From assembly GCA_043228905.1 (NCBI GenBank), contig JBHGNT010000066.1, forward strand, positions 62,001 through 126,000: a stretch of 64,000 nt of DNA, written 5' to 3'. The notes beneath the pieces were generated by a model. The model searched no databases, was not told the DNA's origin, and worked only from the letters and a program-made list of their open reading frames with translations. Position numbers and translations under genes: made by a program. Of the stretch, positions 1 to 10,050 are shown piece after piece (position 1 is the first letter of the stretch; every line of letters begins with the position of its first letter). This stretch comes from Azolla caroliniana (taxonomy: Eukaryota; Plantae; Polypodiophyta).

Positions 1-1449
1 ATGATGAAATTAGCAAACTTGAGGAGTGAGTTGAGAGGAGCCCTTCAGTAAATTAAAATGTTCATACATGGCTCGTGTGATATCGGATTTTTGTGTACAA
101 ACATGCGAATCGAAGCTAACAAAGCTAGCTATGATATGGAATTTGAAAATCAAGATTTTGAAACTCAGGACGAGAGACATGACGAAATTAGCAAACATGA
201 GGAGGGAGTTCAGAGGAAGCATTGAGTAAATTAAAATGTTCATACCTGGCTCGTGTGATATCGGAGTTTTGTGTTCAAACATGCGAATCGAAGCTAGCAA
301 CGCTAGCTATGATATGGAATTAACAAATCAAGCTTTTGAAACTCAGGTCGAGAGACATGACGAAATTAGCAAACATGAGGAGTGAGTTTAGAGGAGCCCT
401 TGAGTAAATTAAAATGTTCATACCTGGCGAGTGTTATATCGGATTTTTTTGTACAAACATGCGAATCGAAGCTAACAACGCTAGCTATGATATGGAATTA
501 AAAAATCAAGATTATGAAACTCAGGTCGAGACACATGAAGAAATTAGCAAACATGAGGAGAGAGTTGAGACGAGCCCTTGAGTAAATTAAAATGTTCATA
601 CCTAGCGAGTGTGATATCGGATTTTTTTGTACAAACATGCGAATCGAAGCTAACAACGCTAGCTATGATATGGAATTAACAAATCAAGATATTGAAACTC
701 AGGTCGAGAGAAATGATGAAATTAGCAAACATGAGGAGGGAGTTTAGAGGAACCATTGAGTGAATTAAAATGTTCATACCTGGCTCGTGTGATATCGAAT
801 TTTTGTGTTCTAACATGCGAATCGAAGCTAACAACGCTAGCTATGATATGGAATTAAAAAATCAAGATTTTGAAACTCAGGTCGAGAGACATGACGAAAT
901 TACAAAATTTGAGGAGTGAGGTTGGAAGAGCTAGTAGGTAAATTAAAATGTTCATACCTGGCGAGTGTGATATCGGATTTTTGTGTACAAATATGCGAAT
1001 CGAAGCTAACAACGCTAGCTATGCTATGGAATTAACAAATCAAGATTTTGAAACTCAGGTCGAGAGAGATGAGGAAATTAGCAAACTTGAGGAGTGAGTT
1101 GAGAGGAGCCCTTCAGTAAATTAAAATGTTCATACATGGCTCGTGTGATATCGGATTTTTGTGTACAAACATGCGAATCGAAGCTAGCAACGCTAGCTAT
1201 GATATGGAATTAACAAATCAAGATTTTGAAACTCAGGTCGAGAGACATGACGAAATTAGCAAACATGAGGAGTGAGTTGAGAGGAGCCCTTGAGTAGATT
1301 AAAATGTTCATACCTGGTGAGTGTGATATCGGATTTTTGTGTACAAACATGCGAATCGAAGCTAGCAACGCTAGCTATGATATGGAATTAACAAATCAAG
1401 ATTTTGAAACTCAGGTCGAGAGACATGACGAAATTAGCAAACATGAGGA

Positions 1450-4400
1450 GTGAGTTGAGAGGAGCCCTTGAGTAAATTAAAATGTTTATACCTGGCGAGT
1501 GTTATATCGGATTTTTGTGTTCAAACATGCGAATCGAAGCTAACAACGCTAGCTATGATATGGAATTAAAAAATCAAGATTTTGAAACTCAGGTCGAGAG
1601 ACATGACGAAATTAGCAAACATGAGGAGTGAGTTGGAAGAGCTAGTAGGTAAATTAAAATGTTCATACCTGGCGAGTGTGATATCGGATTTTTGTGTTCA
1701 AACATGCGAATCGAAGCTAACAACGCTAGCTATGATATGGAATTAAAAAATCAAGATTTTGAAACTCAGGTCGAGAGACATGACGGAATTAGCAAACACG
1801 AGGAGTGAGTTGAGAGGAGCCCTTGAGTAAATTAAAATGTTCATACCTAGCGAGTGTGATATCGGATTTTTGTGTTCAAACATGCGAATCGAAGCTAACA
1901 ACGCTAGCTATGATATGGAATTAAAAAATCAAGATTTTGAAACTCAGGTCGAGAGACATGACGGAATTAGCAAACACGAGGAGTGAGTTGAGAGGAGCCC
2001 TTGAGTAAATTAAAATGTTCATACCTAGCGAGTGTGATATCGGATTTTTGTGTACAAATATGCGAATCGAAGCTAACAACGCTAGCTATGATATGGAATT
2101 AAAAAATCAAGATTATGAAACTCAGGTCGAGACACATGAAGAAATTAGCAAACATGAGGAGTGAGTTGAGACGAGCCCTTGAGTAAATTAAAATGTTCAT
2201 ACCTAGCGAGTGTGATATCGGATTTTTTTGTACAAACATGCGAATCGAAGCTAACAACGCTAGCTATGATATGGAATTAACAAATCAAGATATTGAAACT
2301 CAGGTCGAGAGAGATGATGAAATTAGCAAACATGAGGAGGGAGTTTAGAGGAACCATTGAGTGAATTAAAATGTTCATACCTGGCTCGTGTGATATCGGA
2401 TTTTTGTGTTCCAACATGCGAATCGAAGCTAACAACGCTAGCTATGATATGGAATTCAAAAATCAAGATTTTGAAACTCAGGTCGAGAGACATGACGAAA
2501 TTAGCAAACATGAGGAGTGAGTTGAGAGGGGCCCTTGAGTAAATTAAAATGTTCATACCTAGCGAGTGTGATATCGGATTTCTGTGTTCAAACATGCGAT
2601 TCAAAGCTAGCAACGCTAGCTATGATATGGAATTCAAAAATCAAGATTTTGAAACTCAGGTCGAGAGACATGACGAAATTACAAAATTTGAGGAGTGAGG
2701 TTGGAAGAGCTAGTAGGTAAATTAAAATGTTCATACCTAGCGAGTGTGATATCGGATTTTTGTGTACAAACATGCGAATCGAAGCTAACAACGCTAGCTA
2801 TGATATAGAATTAAAAAATCAAGATTTTGAAACCGAGGTCGAGAGACATAATGAAATTAGCAAACATGAGGGGTGAGTTGAGAGGAGCCCTTGAGTAAAT
2901 TAAAATGTCCATACCTGGCGAGTGTGATATCGGATTTTTGTGTTCAAACATGCGAATCGAAGCTAACAACGCTAGCTATGATATGGAATTAAAAAATCAA
3001 GATTTTGAAACTCAGGTCGAGAGACATGACGGAATTAGCAAACACGAGGAGTGAGTTGAGACGAGCCCTTGAGTAAATTAAAATGTTCATACCTAGCGAG
3101 TGTGATATCGGATTTTTTTGTACAAACATGCGAATCGAAGCTAACAACGCTAGCTATGATATGGAATTAAAAAATCAAGATTTTGAAACTCAGGTCGAGA
3201 GACATGAAGAAATTAGCAAACTTGAGGAGTGAGTTTAGAGGAGCCCTTGAGTAAATTAAAATGTTTATACCTGGCGAGTGTTATATCGGATTTTTGTGTT
3301 CAAACATGCGAATCGAAGCTAACAACGCTAGCTATGATATGGAATTAAAAAATCAAGATTTTGAAACTCAGGTCGAGAGACATGACGAAATTAGCAAACA
3401 TGAGGAGTGAGTTGGAAGAGCTAGTAGGTAAATTAAAATGTTCATACCTGGCGAGTGTGATATCGGATTTTTGTGTTCAAACATGCGAATCGAAGCTAAC
3501 AACGCTAGCTATGATATGGAATTAAAAAATCAAGATTTTGAAACTCAGGTCGAGAGACATGACGGAATTAGCAAACACGAGGAGTGAGTTGAGAGGAGCC
3601 CTTGAGTAAATTAAAATGTTCATACCTAGCGAGTGTGATATCGGATTTTTGTGTTCAAACATGCGAATCGAAGCTAACAACGCTAGCTATGATATGGAAT
3701 TAAAAAATCAAGATTTTGAAACTCAGGTCGAGAGACATGACGGAATTAGCAAACACGAGGAGTGAGTTGAGAGGAGCCCTTGAGTAAATTAAAATGTTCA
3801 TACCTAGCGAGTGTGATATCGGATTTTTGTGTACAAATATGCGAATCGAAGCTAACAACGCTAGCTATGATATGGAATTAACAAATCAAGATTTTGAAAC
3901 TCAGGTCGAGAGAGATGATGAAATTAGCAAACTTGAGGAGTGAGTTGAGAGGAGCCATTCAGTAAATTAAAATGTTCATACATGGCTCGTGTGATATCGG
4001 ATTTTTGTGTACAAACATGCGAATCGAAGCTAACAACGCTAGCTATGATATGCACTTAAAAAATCAAGATTTTGAAACTCAGGTCGAGAGACATGAAGAA
4101 ATTAGCAAACTTGAGGAGTGAGTTTAGAGGAGCCCTTGAGTAAATTAAAATGTTCATACCTGGCTCGTGTGATATCGGATTTTTGTGTTCCAACATGCGA
4201 ATCGAAGCTAACAACGCTAGCTATGATATGGAATTCAAAAATCAAGATTTTGAAACTCAGGTCGAGAGACATGACGAAATTAGCAAACATGAGGAGTGAG
4301 TTGAGAGGGGCCCTTGAGTAAATTAAAATGTTCATACCTAGCGAGTGTGATATCGGATTTCTGTGTTCAAACATGCGATTCAAAGCTAGCAACGCTAGCT

Positions 4401-4740
4401 ATGATATGGAATTCAAAAATCAAGATTTTGAAACTCAGGTCGAGAGACATGACGAAATTACAAAATTTGAGGAGTGAGGTTGGAAGAGCTAGTAGGTAAA
4501 TTAAAATGTTCATACCTAGCGAGTGTGATATCGGATTTTTGTGTACAAACATGCGAATCGAAGCTAACAACGCTAGCTATGATATAGAATTAAAAAATCA
4601 AGATTTTGAAACCGAGGTCGAGAGACATGATGAAATTAGCAAACATGAGGGGTGAGTTGAGAGGAGCCCTTGAGTAAATTAAAATGTTCATACCTGGCGA
4701 GTGTGATATCGGATTTTTGTGTTCAAACATGCGAATCGAA
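1450..4740 (+). repeat. Imperfect 10-monomer duplication, period 1779 bp (10x178-1)
   Basis: Identical ORFs at 2535/4314 and 2588/4367, and near-identical ones at 2323/4102, are offset by 1779. The monomer pair GACGGAATTAGCAAACACG occurs at 1780/1958 and 3559/3737. The middle parts (about 2100-2370 vs 3880-4150) do not match. Confidence 0.8.
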
Positions 4741-5329
4741 GCTAACAACACTAGCTATGATATGGAATTCAAAAATCAAGATTTTGAAACTCAGGTCGAG
4801 AGACATGACGAAATTAGCAAACATGAGGAGGGAGTTCAGAGGAACCTTTGAGTAAATTAAAATGTTCATACCTGGCTCGTGTGATATCGGATTTTTGTGT
4901 TCAAACATGCGAATCGAAGCTAACAACGTTAGCTATGATATGGAATTAACAAATCAAGATTTTGAAACTCAGGTCGAGAGACATGACGAACTTAGCAAAC
5001 ATGAGGAGTGAGTTGAGAGGAGCCCTTGAGTAAATTAAAATGTTCATACCTAGCGAGTGTGATATCGGATTTCTGTGTTCAAACATGCGAATCGAAACTA
5101 ACAACGCTAGCTATGATATGGAATTCAAAAATCAAAATTTTGAAACTCAGGTCGAGAGACATGACGAAATTACCAAATTTGAGGAGTGAGTTGAGAGGAG
5201 CCCTTGAGTAAATTAAAATGTTCATACCTGGCGAGTGTGATATCGGATTTTTGTGTTCAAACATGAGAATCGAAGCTAACAACGCTAGCTATGATATGGT
5301 ATGAAAAAATCAAGATTTTGAAACTCAGG

Positions 5330-8300
5330 TCGAGAGACATGACGAAATTAGCAAACATGAGGAGTGAGTTGGAAGAGCCCTTGAGTAAATTAAAATGTTC
5401 ATACCTAGCGAGTGTGATATCGGATTTTTGTGTACAAATATGCGAATCGAAGCTAACAACGCTAGCTATGATATGGAATTAACAAATCAAGATTTTGAAA
5501 CTCAGGTCGAGAGAGATGATGAAATTAGCAAACTTGAGGAGTGAGTTGAGAGGAGCCATTCAGTAAATTAAAATGTTCATACATGGCTCGTGTGATATCG
5601 GATTTTTGTGTACAAACATGCGAATCGAAGCTAACAACGCTAGCTATGATATGCACTTAAAAAATCAAGATTTTGAAACTCAGGTCGAGAGACATGAAGA
5701 AATTAGCAAACTTGAGGAGTGAGTTTAGAGGAGCCCTTGAGTAAATTAAAATGTTTATACCTGGCGAGTGTTATATCGGATTTTTGTGTTCAAACATGCG
5801 AATCGAAGCTAACAACGCTAGCTATGATATGGAATTAAAAAATCAAGATTTTGAAACTCAGGTCGAGAGACATGACGAAATTAGCAAACATGAGGAGTGA
5901 GTTGGAAGAGCTAGTAGGTAAATTAAAATGTTCATACCTGGCGAGTGTGATATCGGATTTTTGTGTTCAAACATGCGAATCGAAGCTAACAACGCTAGCT
6001 ATGATATGGAATTAAAAAATCAAGATTTTGAAACTCAGGTCGAGAGACATGACGGAATTAGCAAACACGAGGAGTGAGTTGAGAGGAGCCCTTGAGTAAA
6101 TTAAAATGTTCATACCTAGCGAGTGTGATATCGGATTTTTGTGTACAAATATGCAAATCGAAGCTAACAACGCTAGCTATGATATGGAATTAACAAATCA
6201 AGATTTTGAAACTCAGGTCGAGAGAGATGATGAAATTAGCAAACTTGAGGAGTGAGTTGAGAGGAGCCCTTCAGTAAATTAAAATGTTCATACATGGCTC
6301 GTGTGATATCGGATTTTTGTGTACAAACATGCGAATCGAAGCTAACAACGCTAGCTATGATATGCAATTAAAAAATCAAGATTTTGAAACTCAGGTCGAG
6401 AGACATGAAGAAATTAGCAAACTTGAGGAGTGAGTTTAGAGGAGCCCTTGAGTAAATTAAAATGTTTATACCTGGCGAGTGTTATATCGGATTTTTGTGT
6501 TCAAACATGCGAATCGAAGCTAACAACGCTAGCTATGATATGGAATTAAAAAATCAAGATTTTGAAACTCAGGTCGAGAGACATGACGAAATTAGCAAAC
6601 ATGAGGAGTGAGTTGGAAGAGCTAGTAGGTAAATTAAAATGTTCATACCTAGCGAGTGTGATATCGGATTTTTGTGTACAAACATGCGAATCGAAGCTAA
6701 CAACGCTACCTATGATATAGAATTAAAAAATCAAGATTTTGAAAGTCAGGTCGAGAGACATGACGAAATTAGCAAACATGAGGAGTGAGTTGGAAGAGCT
6801 AGTAGGTAAATTAAAATGTTCATACCTGGCGAGTGTGATATCGGATTTTTGTGTTCAAACATGCGAATCGAAGCTAACAACGCTAGCTATGATATGGAAT
6901 TAAAAAATCAAGATTTTGAAACTCAGGTCGAGAGACATGACGAAATTAGCAAACATGAGGAGTGAGTTGGAAGAGCTAGTAGGTAAATTAAAATGTTCAT
7001 ACCTGGCGAGTGTGATATCGGATTTTTGTGTTCAAACATGCGAATCGAAGCTAACAACGCTAGCTATGATATGGAATTAAAAAATCAATATTTTGAAACT
7101 CAGGTCGAGAGACATGACGAAATTAGCAAACATGAGGAGTGAGTTGGAAGAGCCCTTGAGTAAATTAAAATGTTCATACCTAGCGAGTGTGATATCGGAT
7201 TTTTGTGTACAAATATGCGAATCGAAGCTAACAACGCTAGCTATGATATGGAATTAACAAATCAAGATTTTGAAACTCAGGTCGAGAGAGATGATGAAAT
7301 TAGCAAACTTGAGGAGTGAGTTGAGAGGAGCCATTCAGTAAATTAAAATGTTCATACATGGCTCGTGTGATATCGGATTTTTGTGTACAAACATGCGAAT
7401 CGAAGCTAACAACGCTAGCTATGATATGCACTTAAAAAATCAAGATTTTGAAACTCAGGTCGAGAGACATGAAGAAATTAGCAAACTTGAGGAGTGAGTT
7501 TAGAGGAGCCCTTGAGTAAATTAAAATGTTTATACCTGGCGAGTGTTATATCGGATTTTTGTGTTCAAACATGCGAATCGAAGCTAACAACGCTAGCTAT
7601 GATATGGAATTAAAAAATCAAGATTTTGAAACTCAGGTCGAGAGACATGACGAAATTAGCAAACATGAGGAGTGAGTTGGAAGAGCTAGTAGGTAAATTA
7701 AAATGTTCATACCTGGCGAGTGTGATATCGGATTTTTGTGTTCAAACATGCGAATCGAAGCTAACAACGCTAGCTATGATATGGAATTAAAAAATCAAGA
7801 TTTTGAAACTCAGGTCGAGAGACATGACAGAATTAGCAAACACGAGGAGTGAGTTGAGAGGAGCCCTTGAGTAAATTAAAATGTTCATACCTAGCGAGTG
7901 TGATATCGGATTTTTGTGTACAAATATGCAAATCGAAGCTAACAACGCTAGCTATGATATGGAATTAACAAATCAAGATTTTGAAACTCAGGTCGAGAGA
8001 GATGATGAAATTAGCAAACTTGAGGAGTGAGTTGAGAGGAGCCCTTCAGTAAATTAAAATGTTCATACATGGCTCGTGTGATATCGGATTTTTGTGTACA
8101 AACATGCGAATCGAAGCTAACAACGCTAGCTATGATATGCAATTAAAAAATCAAGATTTTGAAACTCAGGTCGAGAGACATGAAGAAATTAGCAAACTTG
8201 AGGAGTGAGTTTAGAGGAGCCCTTGAGTAAATTAAAATGTTTATACCTGGCGAGTGTTATATCGGATTTTTGTGTTCAAACATGCGAATCGAAGCTAACA

Positions 8301-8928
8301 ACGCTAGCTATGATATGGAATTAAAAAATCAAGATTTTGAAACTCAGGTCGAGAGACATGACGAAATTAGCAAACATGAGGAGTGAGTTGGAAGAGCTAG
8401 TAGGTAAATTAAAATGTTCATACCTAGCGAGTGTGATATCGGATTTTTGTGTACAAACATGCGAATCGAAGCTAACAACGCTACCTATGATATAGAATTA
8501 AAAAATCAAGATTTTGAAAGTCAGGTCGAGAGACATGACGAAATTAGCAAACATGAGGAGTGAGTTGGAAGAGCTAGTAGGTAAATTAAAATGTTCATAC
8601 CTGGCGAGTGTGATATCGGATTTTTGTGTTCAAACATGCGAATCGAAGCTAACAACGCTAGCTATGATATGGAATTAAAAAATCAAGATTTTGAAACTCA
8701 GGTCGAGAGACATGACGAAATTAGCAAACATGAGGAGTGAGTTGGAAGAGCTAGTAGGTAAATTAAAATGTTCATACCTGGCGAGTGTGATATCGGATTT
8801 TTGTGTTCAAACATGCGAATCGAAGCTAACAACGCTAGCTATGATATGGAATTAAAAAATCAAGATTTTGAAACTCAGGTCGAGAGACATGACGAAATTA
8901 GCAAACATGAGGAGTGAGTTGGAAGAGC
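5330..8928 (+). repeat. 10-monomer HOR, period 1775 bp (10x178-5), 2 tandem copies with a nested 4-mer; a third copy begins near 9.4 kb
   Basis: The hybrid motif GGAAGAGCCC is at 5371, 7146 and 9631. The SNP order (ATGCACTTAA, ATGCAAATCG, ATGCAATTAA, GAAAGTCAGG) repeats. ORFs 5291/9551 are offset by 4260 (24x178-12). The internal 4-mer offset is 711 bp. Confidence 0.85.
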
Positions 8929-10050
8929 TAGTAGGTAAATTAAAATGTTCATACCTAGCGAGTGTGATATCGGATTTTTGTGTACAAACATGCGAATCGA
9001 AGCTAACAACGCTACCTATGATATAGAATTAAAAAATCAAGATTTTGAAAGTCAGGTCGAGAGACATGACGAAATTAGCAAACATGAGGAGTGAGTTGGA
9101 AGAGCTAGTAGGTAAATTAAAATGTTCATACCTAGCGAGTGTGATATCGGATTTTTGTGTTCAAACATGCGAATCGAAGCTAACAACGCTAGCTATGATA
9201 TGGAATTAAAAAATCAAGATTTTGAAACTCAGGTCGAGAGACATGATGAAATTAGCAAACATGAGGGGTGAGTTGAGAGGAGCCCTTGAGTAAATTAAAA
9301 TGTTCATACCTGGCGAGTGTGATATCGGATTTTTGTGTTCAAACATGCGAATCGAAGCTAACAACACTAGCTATGATATGGAATTCAAAAATCAAGATTT
9401 TGAAACTCAGGTCGAGAGACATGACGAAATTACCAAATTTGAGGAGTGAGTTGAGAGGAGCCCTTGAGTAAATTAAAATGTTCATACCTGGCGAGTGTGA
9501 TATCGGATTTTTGTGTTCAAACATGAGAATCGAAGCTAACAACGCTAGCTATGATATGGTATGAAAAAATCAAGATTTTGAAACTCAGGTCGAGAGACAT
9601 GACGAAATTAGCAAACATGAGGAGTGAGTTGGAAGAGCCCTTGAGTAAATTAAAATGTTCATACCTAGCGAGTGTGATATCGGATTTTTGTGTACAAATA
9701 TGCGAATCGAAGCTAACAACGCTAGCTATGATATGGAATTAACAAATGAAGATTTTGAAACTCAGGTCGAGAGAGATGATGAAATTAGCAAACTTGAGGA
9801 GTGAGTTGAGAGGAGCCATTCAGTAAATTAAAATGTTCATACATGGCTCGTGTGATATCGGATTTTTGTGTACAAACATGCGAATCGAAGCTAACAACGC
9901 TAGCTATGATATGCACTTAAAAAATCAAGATTTTGAAACTCAGGTCGAGAGACATGAAGAAATTAGCAAACTTGAGGAGTGAGTTTAGAGGAGCCCTTGA
10001 GTAAATTAAAATGTTTATACCTGGCGAGTGTTATATCGGATTTTTGTGTT

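Noticed and set aside
21-40. G-quadruplex or triplex in GAGGAGTGAGTTGAGAGGAG
   Set aside because: There are only two GG runs in most monomers and the purine tract is short and interrupted by T.
14-108. Monomer built from two roughly 89-bp half-repeats (CAAACATG at positions 14 and 98 of the consensus)
   Set aside because: Similarity is limited to about 8-10 bp at an 84-bp offset and does not extend convincingly by eye. A self-alignment against shuffled controls would be needed.
1-178. Arabidopsis CEN178/CEN180, Brassica CentBr or primate alpha satellite identity
   Set aside because: The length is similar but I see no resemblance on either strand to those consensus sequences as I recall them. 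An alignment is needed to be definitive.
1-178. 5S rRNA, tRNA, snRNA, spliced-leader or telomeric tandem unit
   Set aside because: I see no recognisable 5S or tRNA motifs or cloverleaf, and no TTTAGGG/TTAGGG tracts.
250-266. CENP-B-box-like motif CTCGTGTGATATCGGA
   Set aside because: It matches only about 6 of the 9 core bases of TTCGNNNNANNCGGG and the spacing is off by one, which is expected by chance.
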